This document shows, one piece after another, positions 29,148 through 37,978 of a DNA stretch of 64,000 nt. The first letter of the stretch is position 1. Each line of letters opens with the position of its first letter. The position numbers were made by a program, and so were the translations under genes. The DNA comes from Spirochaetia bacterium. Lineage in GTDB: Bacteria; Spirochaetota; Spirochaetia; DSM-2461. The stretch lies in the NCBI GenBank assembly GCA_963668315.1, contig OY764216.1:3136001-3200000 (forward strand). Reading direction: 5' to 3'. The notes below the pieces were generated by a model. The model was not told the origin of the DNA and made no database searches. It was given only the letters and a program-made list of their open reading frames with translations.

Positions 29148-29741
29148 CTATCGGCAGAAAGAGTTAAGAATGATTGTCAGATCTTCTCTGATCTTATTTA
29201 CAAGATCATAACTTCCGTCCATAAGGCACCAGTCGAAAAGAATCCCCCGACCGCTTCTGACAAGCAGGTTCGTGAGGGTTTCCCTGTCAATTCCTTCGTA
29301 GAAGTCTCCCTTTTCCAGTCCTGCGGAAATCACGTCTTGCAAATGACTGTAAATAGGGCGGTCCCTTTGAATGGCATATTTTTTATGGCTGGTTAGAAGA
29401 TGAACGTAGCTCTGGGCCGTCATTTCCCAGCCTAGTTCCTGCATGACACGTCCGGCTTCTTCAAAAAGACAGAGGATGTTCTCCCTGGTGCTTCTGTTGA
29501 AATCCAGAAGGGAAATGGAATTTTCCCAGAGATAATCAAGCTGTTCATGGGCCGTATTGATAATCTCTTCCTTCGATTTGAAGTGATAGTAAAAACTGCC
29601 TATGGAAATATCCGCCTTCTGGCAGATCTCTCTTATGGACACATCCTTATAACCTCTTTCTCTGAACAGTGAAATGGCAACTCGGGTGATTTTCAGTTTT
29701 GTTTCGATGGATTTTATCTGCTTTGTTTCTTTCTTATCCAT
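29148..29741 (-). CDS. TetR/AcrR transcriptional regulator
   Basis: LFRERGYKDVSIREICQKADISIGSFYYHFKSKEE. Confidence 0.93.
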   Translation of the reverse strand: MDKKETKQIKSIETKLKITRVAISLFRERGYKDVSIREICQKADISIGSFYYHFKSKEEIINTAHEQLDYLWENSISLLDFNRSTRENILCLFEEAGRVMQELGWEMTAQSYVHLLTSHKKYAIQRDRPIYSHLQDVISAGLEKGDFYEGIDRETLTNLLVRSGRGILFDWCLMDGSYDLVNKIREDLTIILNSFCR

Positions 29742-29849
29742 AATGACTCTCCGCAGATAGTAAAGGATTATACTCTGTTATGCAATAAAACAAAATTTCG
29801 CAAATATAGATATTATTTTATTGATTTAAATGGAAACCTGTGCAATAAT

Positions 29850-29872
29850 AAAACTGAACAATGTTCGGTTTT
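29850..29872. promoter_or_regulatory. Palindromic operator candidate
   Basis: AAAACTGAACA-A-TGTTCGGTTTT between a TTGATT-17-AATAAT promoter and the GGAGG RBS of hypB. Confidence 0.6.
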
Positions 29873-29881
29873 GGAGGATTT

Positions 29882-30553
29882 ATGAATCAGTACAAAATAA
29901 TTGAAATCAAAAAAAGTATCTACGAAAGCAATGATGTGAAGGCAGAGGCTCTGAAGACAAAGCTAAAAGAGCAGGGGATTTTTCTTATGAATCTCATGTC
30001 TTCCCCCGGGTCGGGAAAGACGACGACGGTCATGAGAACAATAGAAGCTCTCAAGGATTCATTTCGAATAGGTGTTCTGGAAGCGGATCTTGATTCCGAT
30101 GTGGATGCCGCAACGGTTTCCCGATCGGGTGCAAAGGTCATACAGCTTCATACGGGAGGGATGTGCCACCTGGACGCCGGCATGACCGAACAGGGACTGG
30201 ACGGGCTGGGGTTGGATGATGTCGATTTTGTTATCCTCGAGAATGTGGGAAATCTTATCTGTCCGGCGGAATTCGACACGGGGGCGACCCTGAATACCAT
30301 GATCCTCAGCGTACCTGAAGGTGATGATAAGCCCCTCAAGTACCCGACCATGTTCTCCAAAGTGGATGTTCTGATTGTGAATAAGATAGATGCGGCGGAT
30401 TTTTTTGACTTTGATCTCCAAGCCGTCAGGGAACGGGTGGAAAAGCTCAATCCCGGAATCAAGGTTTTTCCCCTATCGGCAAAGACAGGGGAAGGGGTGA
30501 AAGAGTGGACCGATTGGCTTAAGAACGAAGTTCTGAACGGGAAGGAGAATTAG
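29882..30553 (+). CDS. hypB: Nickel-insertion GTPase HypB
   Basis: SSPGSGKTT, GGMCHLD, ENVGNLICPAEFD, EGDDKPLKYP, NKID, SAK. Confidence 0.92.
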   Translation: MNQYKIIEIKKSIYESNDVKAEALKTKLKEQGIFLMNLMSSPGSGKTTTVMRTIEALKDSFRIGVLEADLDSDVDAATVSRSGAKVIQLHTGGMCHLDAGMTEQGLDGLGLDDVDFVILENVGNLICPAEFDTGATLNTMILSVPEGDDKPLKYPTMFSKVDVLIVNKIDAADFFDFDLQAVRERVEKLNPGIKVFPLSAKTGEGVKEWTDWLKNEVLNGKEN

Positions 30554-30556
30554 AGA

Positions 30557-33346
30557 ATGAATATATTTGCTGATCTTGAAGCTGAGAAGAATGATCTGAC
30601 GGGCATGTGGTTTCCCGAAGGATATGAGTGTAAATATAACGAGAAAGTACTGTTTCTGGCCAATATCATCGGCAACAGAAAAAGCGCCAGGGATTCATAT
30701 AAGTGGGAAGATCCGGAATATGTAATCCTGGAAGCTGGGATCGACGATGAGATGGCCGAGGTCGGTTTGGGACTGAAGCTTTACGATAAGCAGACCGCTG
30801 CGGATATAGCGAAAAAAGTGAATAAACCGGTGGATTACTGCCATGAGCAGCTGATGAAACTGGCCGTCTACGGAGCCTGTTTCGTTATTACCGAAGAGGG
30901 GGAGGATGTCTTCTGGGCCGAAACGTGGATACCCGGCGCCATGGAAGTTATCGTCAATAATCTCGAAAATGTGAAGAAATACCCGATCGTCGCCTATGCC
31001 ATGGAGGCTTACGGCCGTGTGCGGGGAGGCAAAAGCTCGGGCGCCTTCAAGCCCGGAGTCGGACTCATGCGTGTCATCCCTATCGAAACGGCCATCGATG
31101 GTAACAGTCACAGTGTCTCCTATGAGGAGATTTCGAAATACCTTAATGAGAATGATGTCTTTACCGTGACAGCATGTTCCTGCCGAACCGACAGGGAAGC
31201 CATGGGGGAGGGATGCGGTCATTTGAAGGAAGATATGTGCATTCAGATGGGCCATGCCGCTGAATTTTATATCAAGACCGGAAGGGGTCGGCAGATAACC
31301 CGGGAAGAGGCTTTTGAGATCATCAGGAAGGCCGAAGAGAACGGTCTGATGCATCAGATTCCCAATCTGGACGGAAGCGGAAAAACCCATGCCATCTGTA
31401 ACTGCTGCGGCTGCGGCTGTCTCTCTTTGCGGTCTGCCGCCATGTTTAAAAACACCGATATGGTCCGGTCGAACTATGTGGCCCGGGTGAATCCCGACAA
31501 TTGTGTGGCCTGCGGACAGTGCGTGGAAAACTGTCCTGTGAACGCCCTTCAGCTGGGGCAGAAGCTCTGCTCCTCAAAGGATGTGGTAACCGATATCACG
31601 ACCAGGGATACACCCCGTGACCTGAAATGGACCGAGGATTTCTGGAATCCCGAGTATCGGACAAATCGGAAGAATGTCGTGGAAACGGGAACGGCGCCCT
31701 GCAAAACTGCCTGTCCCGCCCATATCGCAGTACAGGGCTATATCAAGCTGGCGGCCCAGGGCCGTTACCGGGAAGCCCTTGAGTTGATCAAACACGAAAA
31801 TCCCCTGCCGGCAATCTGCGGAAGAATCTGCAACCGCCGCTGTGAAGATGCCTGTACAAGAGGAGATATTGACGCTCCCCTTGCCATTGACGAAATAAAA
31901 AAGTTTATTTCCGAGATAGAACTAGACAAGAACTGCCGCTTTATTCCCGAAAAACGCCATGATTACAGCGATAAGAAAATCGCTATCATCGGTTCCGGAC
32001 CGGCCGGTCTCTCCTGTGCCTATTATCTTTCCCTTGACGGATATAGTGTTACGGTTTTCGAAAAAGAGAGCCGTCTGGGAGGAATGCTGACTCTGGGACT
32101 TCCTAATTTCCGTCTGGAAAAGGATGTGGTGGAAGCAGAGATCGATATAATCCGGGAGATGGGCGTTGAGTTCAAAACGGGCGTGGAAGTCGGCCGGGAT
32201 ATCACTCTCGATGAACTGCGTGTCCTGGGGTATGATGCGTTTTACGTGGCCATCGGTGCCCAGGGCGGCCGGATGATCGGTGTGGAAGGGGAAGAAGCCG
32301 AAGGTGTCATGTCGGGAATTGAGTTCCTGCGCCTTATTAATCAGGATCAGACCAGAAAGCTTACCGGTAATACCGTCGTGATAGGCGGAGGCAATGTGGC
32401 GATCGATGTCTCCCGGACGGCCGTTAGGGCCGGTGAGGGCGAAGTATTCCAGTTTTGTCTGGAATCGCGGGAGCAGATGCCCGCCCTGGAGGAGGAGATA
32501 GCCGAAGCCGAGGAGGAGGGCATCTCTATCAATAACAGCTGGGGCCCCAAAAGGATTATTACGGAGAACGGCAAAGTAAAGACCGTTGAGTTCAAAAAGT
32601 GTCTTTCCGTTTTTGACGGGGAAGGAAGATTCAATCCCCGGTATGATGAAGAAGACATATTGAGGGTAGATGCGGATAATGTCCTGCTCTCCGTAGGACA
32701 GTCCATTGTCCTGGGCAACCTTCTGGAAGGAACCGCCGTGGAGACAAGACCGAATGGTGCTGTCATCGCCGATGATTTTACATTCCAGACCGGTGAGAAG
32801 GATATTTTTGCCGGGGGCGATGTCTATTCCGGTCCCCGCTTCGCCATCGATGCCATAGCCGCGGGAAAACAGGCCGCCATATCCATTCACCGTTTTGTCC
32901 AGCCCGGACAGAGCCTGGTTAACGGCCGTGATCGCCGTGTCTACAAGGAGCTTGATAAATCCGCCGCCGTCATTGAGAACTATGACAACACTCCCCGGCA
33001 GCTTCCTGCCCTAAAGGGAGAGGAGAAGGAGCATACATCTCATTTCCGTGATGTCCGGGGCGTGTTCACCGAGGAGCAGCTGAAAAAGGAGACCGAACGC
33101 TGTCTCGGCTGCGGCGCCACTATCGTGGACTCCTATATGTGTGTCGGCTGCGGCCAGTGTACGACCAAATGTAAATTCGACGCCATTTCTCTGGAACGTG
33201 TTTATGACGGGGAAGGGGTGGAATATTTCGATCTGAAGCCGGCTGTGATGAAGCAGATGCTGAAGCGCCAGGGAAAAATCGCCCTGAGAAAGGTAAAAAC
33301 TGCCTTCAAAGGGGACCGAAAATCCGCCGGAAACGGAGTATCCTGA
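30557..33346 (+). CDS. Multi-Fe-S flavo-oxidoreductase (GltD-like NAD(P)/FAD core, Cys-rich N-terminal domain)
   Basis: CSCR..CGH..C, ICNCCGCGC, CxxCxxCxxxCP, PCKTACP, CGRICNRRCE, GSGPAG, GGGNVA, C-terminal ferredoxin. Confidence 0.85.
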   Translation: MNIFADLEAEKNDLTGMWFPEGYECKYNEKVLFLANIIGNRKSARDSYKWEDPEYVILEAGIDDEMAEVGLGLKLYDKQTAADIAKKVNKPVDYCHEQLMKLAVYGACFVITEEGEDVFWAETWIPGAMEVIVNNLENVKKYPIVAYAMEAYGRVRGGKSSGAFKPGVGLMRVIPIETAIDGNSHSVSYEEISKYLNENDVFTVTACSCRTDREAMGEGCGHLKEDMCIQMGHAAEFYIKTGRGRQITREEAFEIIRKAEENGLMHQIPNLDGSGKTHAICNCCGCGCLSLRSAAMFKNTDMVRSNYVARVNPDNCVACGQCVENCPVNALQLGQKLCSSKDVVTDITTRDTPRDLKWTEDFWNPEYRTNRKNVVETGTAPCKTACPAHIAVQGYIKLAAQGRYREALELIKHENPLPAICGRICNRRCEDACTRGDIDAPLAIDEIKKFISEIELDKNCRFIPEKRHDYSDKKIAIIGSGPAGLSCAYYLSLDGYSVTVFEKESRLGGMLTLGLPNFRLEKDVVEAEIDIIREMGVEFKTGVEVGRDITLDELRVLGYDAFYVAIGAQGGRMIGVEGEEAEGVMSGIEFLRLINQDQTRKLTGNTVVIGGGNVAIDVSRTAVRAGEGEVFQFCLESREQMPALEEEIAEAEEEGISINNSWGPKRIITENGKVKTVEFKKCLSVFDGEGRFNPRYDEEDILRVDADNVLLSVGQSIVLGNLLEGTAVETRPNGAVIADDFTFQTGEKDIFAGGDVYSGPRFAIDAIAAGKQAAISIHRFVQPGQSLVNGRDRRVYKELDKSAAVIENYDNTPRQLPALKGEEKEHTSHFRDVRGVFTEEQLKKETERCLGCGATIVDSYMCVGCGQCTTKCKFDAISLERVYDGEGVEYFDLKPAVMKQMLKRQGKIALRKVKTAFKGDRKSAGNGVS

Positions 33347-33350
33347 AATT

Positions 33351-33692
33351 ATGCATGAACTGGGAATTGTCATGTACATTGCAGAGACCGTCCAGGAATT
33401 GATGCAGGAGGAGAAGCTCACCGACGTAAGGAAAATTGTCCTTCAGGTCGGTGAACTTTCCTCCGTCATTCCGGGATATCTCCGGGAGTGCTACCCGGCG
33501 GCCGTGGACGGGACGGTCCTTGAGAATACAGCGTTGGAAATAGAAATTATTCCGGCGAACGGTAAATGCAGGGACTGCGGAGAAGTTTATAATGTGGTCG
33601 AAAAGAAACGAATCTGCCCCCAATGCGGAGCTGATCACTGGGAACTGCTCAGCGGGAAGGAATTCAATCTGAAGGAGATACTGGCCTTCTGA
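33351..33692 (+). CDS. hypA: Nickel metallochaperone HypA
   Basis: N-terminal MHE, CRDC..CPQC, SGKEF. Confidence 0.92.
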   Translation: MHELGIVMYIAETVQELMQEEKLTDVRKIVLQVGELSSVIPGYLRECYPAAVDGTVLENTALEIEIIPANGKCRDCGEVYNVVEKKRICPQCGADHWELLSGKEFNLKEILAF

Positions 33693-33708
33693 ATCGGGGA
33701 GGCTGTGA

Positions 33709-34317
33709 TCAGGACAATTCCGCCGCCGTGTAGAACCAGTCCCGATCGACAGTCCTCCATTTTGTAAAACCGTATTCAGCGAATTTTATTCGGAAAAAAT
33801 CGTCCCCCGGCAGGATATCCTCCGAAACGGCCCGGTGCTTTTTATGATGAAGATTCAATGACCTCCGGTCCATGGAGTGGGCGATAATCAGCATTCCCCC
33901 CTTTTTCAGGTACCGGGCGGAATTTTTGAAAACCGGCTCAAAATCATCAAAATGGGGAAAGGTATTGTAGATAACGATCTTATCTATGTCATGGTTGAAA
34001 TCGAGAGGTTCAAGATAGGATTGGTGAAAGATCTTCAGAGAAGGGAATTTCCCCCTCAAAATATCAACCATGGCGCCGCATTGTTCAACCGAGTAGAGAT
34101 GGGAGATACCCGCCCGGAGATAATAGGGTATGGCAATGCCCGAACCGGAACCGACATCAATAATTTTGTTTGTACTATATAAAGGGTATAATCGAAATAT
34201 TCTCTCCAGCGCGATGTAATCGGATGTGCGGATTCTGGAATCCCAAATGGGGGCCTTCTGTTCAAAAAACAATTCCTTTGAGCCTGATGATATTTTGTTT
34301 ACTTCTAACGTCTTCAT
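33709..34317 (-). CDS. Class I SAM-dependent methyltransferase
   Basis: IIDVGSGSG, YNTFPHF, LKKGG. Confidence 0.8.
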   Translation of the reverse strand: MKTLEVNKISSGSKELFFEQKAPIWDSRIRTSDYIALERIFRLYPLYSTNKIIDVGSGSGIAIPYYLRAGISHLYSVEQCGAMVDILRGKFPSLKIFHQSYLEPLDFNHDIDKIVIYNTFPHFDDFEPVFKNSARYLKKGGMLIIAHSMDRRSLNLHHKKHRAVSEDILPGDDFFRIKFAEYGFTKWRTVDRDWFYTAAELS

Positions 34318-34657
34318 AATCTGTGTGTTGCCTAAAACCATATTGTATAATTATATGGAGGTTTTTATCATACCGTAATTGTTCCGGATTTGCAATAGTC
34401 TCAGACAGAAAGAACGTTCGGATTTTTCCTGTTCTCTCATGTCTTTTCTCTCTCCCTTCCAAAAATTGGAAAGGATTGTATGACGCTCTAGTATTTGTCA
34501 TAAATAAAGAATTTAATGATTTCCTTCTCGCACCGGCAGACCTTCGGCTTATAGGAATCGTCTTGTCTCGAATCCTCTTTTTACCCATTATCAATTAACA
34601 ATATGGTCAGAATGACTAGAACGTGATAAATTGATAAGGTTCTGAGGAGATGAAGTA

Positions 34658-35089
34658 ATGGAAGCCCTACTGAAAAAAGCTTTAGTCTTGTTTTTTTGTC
34701 TAATGGCCCTGTCCCTGTTTGCCAATACGGATGATATCCTTGACGGGATTTACGGGGAGAAAGAGATACCCCTTCTTCAGGGGACTTGGCTGGTCCTGGC
34801 GGGAGCCGGAGTGATAGACGAGTCGACCGACGCGTCGGCGGCCATGGGATACCTGGAGGAGAAGGGATGGGACGCCGATTCCGTTTTAACCCGGGGAAAA
34901 TTTTCCCTGCTGTTGATGGATAATTTTTCACTCCCCCGGGGAGTGATTTACAGACTGACCGGCTGGGAACACTACGCCCTGAGGGATCTTCTTTATCTGA
35001 ATATTCTTTCCGGAACGGCCGATGGGAACAGTCCCGTTTCGGGGTTCGATCTCATCGGCGGCCTGACAAATGTTCTGGAGGAGTTCTGA
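34658..35089 (+). CDS. Exported hypothetical protein
   Basis: Signal-peptide-like N terminus; first gene of a tight operon. Confidence 0.65.
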   Translation: MEALLKKALVLFFCLMALSLFANTDDILDGIYGEKEIPLLQGTWLVLAGAGVIDESTDASAAMGYLEEKGWDADSVLTRGKFSLLLMDNFSLPRGVIYRLTGWEHYALRDLLYLNILSGTADGNSPVSGFDLIGGLTNVLEEF

Positions 35090-35090
35090 C

Positions 35091-36368
35091 ATGAAAAAAA
35101 TACTTATCCTTTCCCTTTTCATTCTTCTTCCCATGGCGGTGTTTTCCGAAAGCAGAGTTTATGGTACGGTGGAACACTACTTCAATGGCGGAAACAGAGA
35201 CGCCAGCAATCCCTATAATTTCACAAGCTTTGAGCTGGGTGTCGACAGTGACCTTTCGGCGGATCTTTCCTTTCATACCATGGTAGAGGCAGAAATGACC
35301 TGGGTTTTCGATGAAGGTGATTCCCCGGCCGCGGCCAACCTAGCTCTATACGGCTTCAGGTACCATAATTCCTCCCTGACGGTGGATCTGGGCAGGGTTA
35401 ATTTTCAGGATTCCACCGGTTATATCCTTGACCTGAATCTGGACGGTATGAAAATCAACTATGCCCTTACCGATACTCTCTCTCTGAGAGGAGGAGCCGG
35501 ATACAGCGGTATGACCTTTGATCACGCCACCGATCTTGTTAAAACAGAAAATGAGTCCCTCGAAGATGATTTCCTTTCCCCCGAAAGACTTATCGGTTTC
35601 CTGAAAGGAACATACCGCAATGAGGCGGGGTGGGAGGTTAACGCCCACTTCCTCGGTCAGACGAATTTCAACGGCAGCGACGATCCGCTCCTGCTCTGGT
35701 ATGCGGGAGCCTATGCTTCCAAAGCGGCGGGTGATTTTCTCATGAGCCTGGATTATACCTATTCCGGCGGGAAAACGAGCACCGTCTATCTGGGCGACGT
35801 TTATGAAAATGACATGACCGGTCATCTGCTCTACGGGGAGATCGGTTATTACCCCAACAGCCTTCGTAATAGGGGCGTTCGTTTCGTCCTCTCCGGATTG
35901 TATACGAGCGGAGACAGTTACGACGTGCGGGAAGAGAACAGTCCCGGAGCCGTTTCTACGGTAGAACCGGACGGAAAAAGCTCTCTTTTCATACCCATCA
36001 GCCGGACCCTTATCGGCAGTCAGCTGGGAGAGCAGGCGGGAAACCTGGCTTTCGGAAGGATTGAAGGGGGATTTGTCCCCCTGAAGGGACGTTTTGATGA
36101 GAATCTGGTGGGGTTTACTCTGGGCTCTTCCGTGTATATGAGAACGGCCAACGGACCGATTCAGGCCTACGGTCTGAACAGTCTCTCCGACTCTTCCTAT
36201 CTGGGGACGGAGATTAACGGAGAAGTGATATTCCGTCCTTTTTCCGATCTCGGCCTGTCTATCGATAATCAGATCTTCCTCCCCGACACCTCGTCCGACG
36301 GTGCTTTCGCCGGATCGAGGGACGATCTGGAGTATGCCCTGGAAGTGGTTCTTTCCCTTTCTATATAA
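35091..36368 (+). CDS. Exported protein, probable outer-membrane beta-barrel
   Basis: Signal peptide; alternating Gly/aromatic strands; YLGTEING motif. Confidence 0.55.
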   Translation: MKKILILSLFILLPMAVFSESRVYGTVEHYFNGGNRDASNPYNFTSFELGVDSDLSADLSFHTMVEAEMTWVFDEGDSPAAANLALYGFRYHNSSLTVDLGRVNFQDSTGYILDLNLDGMKINYALTDTLSLRGGAGYSGMTFDHATDLVKTENESLEDDFLSPERLIGFLKGTYRNEAGWEVNAHFLGQTNFNGSDDPLLLWYAGAYASKAAGDFLMSLDYTYSGGKTSTVYLGDVYENDMTGHLLYGEIGYYPNSLRNRGVRFVLSGLYTSGDSYDVREENSPGAVSTVEPDGKSSLFIPISRTLIGSQLGEQAGNLAFGRIEGGFVPLKGRFDENLVGFTLGSSVYMRTANGPIQAYGLNSLSDSSYLGTEINGEVIFRPFSDLGLSIDNQIFLPDTSSDGAFAGSRDDLEYALEVVLSLSI

Positions 36369-36378
36369 GGAGTTTCCT

Positions 36379-37065
36379 ATGAAAAGCAGATTATTATTCT
36401 TTTTTATATTATTGATGATACCTTCCCTATTTTTGACTGCGCAGGAAGCCGTTCTGGCACGGGTCTCGGGACAGGTGAAAGTTTCCGTCGATTCCGTCAC
36501 CTGGACCGCGGGAGAGCAGGGAACGGTCCTCGAACCGGGTACGGTCATTTCCACCGGATTCAAATCCACCGCCCTTATTAAGACTGCCGACGCCGAGATC
36601 GAGGTGTCCCAGCTTACCCGCTTGACCCTTGAGGAGCTGACCGAGAGGAACAATACAATCCATACGACCCTTTTTCTGAACGGCGGACGCATCAATACCG
36701 AGGTCTCCCGGGAGAAAGTGCGCCATGATTTTACCGTCCGCAGTCCCGTCGCCACCGCTTCGGTGCGGGGTACGGGATTCTCCTTCGACGGGAGAAATCT
36801 TGCCGTACGCCATGGCTCGGTTCTGATTCAGTCGGGAGGGAGATCGGTTCTGACCTACCGGGGGGACCGGGTCTCCGTTTCGGGTAGCGGCATGCCCGAA
36901 AGCCGGGGAAGCGCTATGAAAAGACAGACGGAAGTCACCGCCTTGCTGACCCTGGCCGAAGGGGAAGAGGACGAGACCCCGGTTACGGACGGATCGCCGG
37001 CCCGGGAAAACCTGGCCGATGAGATCAGCAGTGAGCTGGCCGATCTTACCATCACCGTTCAATAG
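36379..37065 (+). CDS. FecR-domain protein
   Basis: ISTGFKSTA, L..GRI, FTVRSPVATASVRGTGF. Confidence 0.85.
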   Translation: MKSRLLFFFILLMIPSLFLTAQEAVLARVSGQVKVSVDSVTWTAGEQGTVLEPGTVISTGFKSTALIKTADAEIEVSQLTRLTLEELTERNNTIHTTLFLNGGRINTEVSREKVRHDFTVRSPVATASVRGTGFSFDGRNLAVRHGSVLIQSGGRSVLTYRGDRVSVSGSGMPESRGSAMKRQTEVTALLTLAEGEEDETPVTDGSPARENLADEISSELADLTITVQ

Positions 37066-37075
37066 GAGGCATACT

Positions 37076-37963
37076 ATGAAAATGAAAATATCCCTTGCGT
37101 TGACAATACTGTCCTTTCTCCTGCTTTTCGCCGGCTGTGAAATGGAGCCCACGGAAAGAACGGGGACCGTCGAGATTAATGTCTCCCGGCCGGAAAGGCT
37201 TTCCGGGACATCGGAATCTCCCTCCAGAGTTATCTCCAGGACAGCCCAGAGTCTGGTCGTCATCGCCTATCCTTCCTATGAAGACAATCTCCCTCTGGAA
37301 ATATATAGCTTTTCCGATTCCTGGGAAGCCGTTGATGCGGTGCTGGCCAATCCCCAGGCAAAAAGCCTTATCCTTGATCTTTCCGCCGACGATACGGCCC
37401 AACTGAGCGGTCTGGAACCGGGGGACTGGACGTTCATCATTCTCTCCTATCCCCTGGTCAAGACAGAAGAGGATCTGAGCAGCTCCGAAACTCTGGATGC
37501 CGGTTCCAGCACCTCCTTCTTCATAGGGAAGAACATTGAAATCCAGGGCGGTTACAACCATATCGATGCCGCTTTGGATCCGAGTGATTATCAGGAGGTT
37601 GACAGTTCGTCCGATCCCTATGGCTACTACTACGGAAATACCTCTCTCTCTCCCGGAGTATCCGGTTTTTTTATATTCACCGGTATGACCACGGGTGAAT
37701 ATAAAATCCAGGATGGAAATTTCGGATATCCGGCGGGGACGGAGATCTATTTCTATGATGATAAGAGCAGGCCGATTCCCTATGTGTATGCCATTGATAT
37801 CACGACTGAGTCGTACTTCTGGACTATGAATATTCCGGCGGGCAGCGAATCTCTTATCATTGAGATTTATAATCCCGATTTAAATCTGATCATTAACGTG
37901 GATCGTTCCCAACTGGGGAACTGGCCCTATAATATATTGACCATAACGGACGGAACCGTATAA
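37076..37963 (+). CDS. Lipoprotein, unknown function
   Basis: Lipobox LFAGC; GGAGG RBS. Confidence 0.7.
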   Translation: MKMKISLALTILSFLLLFAGCEMEPTERTGTVEINVSRPERLSGTSESPSRVISRTAQSLVVIAYPSYEDNLPLEIYSFSDSWEAVDAVLANPQAKSLILDLSADDTAQLSGLEPGDWTFIILSYPLVKTEEDLSSSETLDAGSSTSFFIGKNIEIQGGYNHIDAALDPSDYQEVDSSSDPYGYYYGNTSLSPGVSGFFIFTGMTTGEYKIQDGNFGYPAGTEIYFYDDKSRPIPYVYAIDITTESYFWTMNIPAGSESLIIEIYNPDLNLIINVDRSQLGNWPYNILTITDGTV

Positions 37964-37978
37964 GGGGTAAATATTTCC

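Noticed and set aside
34262..34598. Overlapping short ORFs on both strands
   Set aside because: No recognisable motifs or clear RBS; more likely the divergent promoter region
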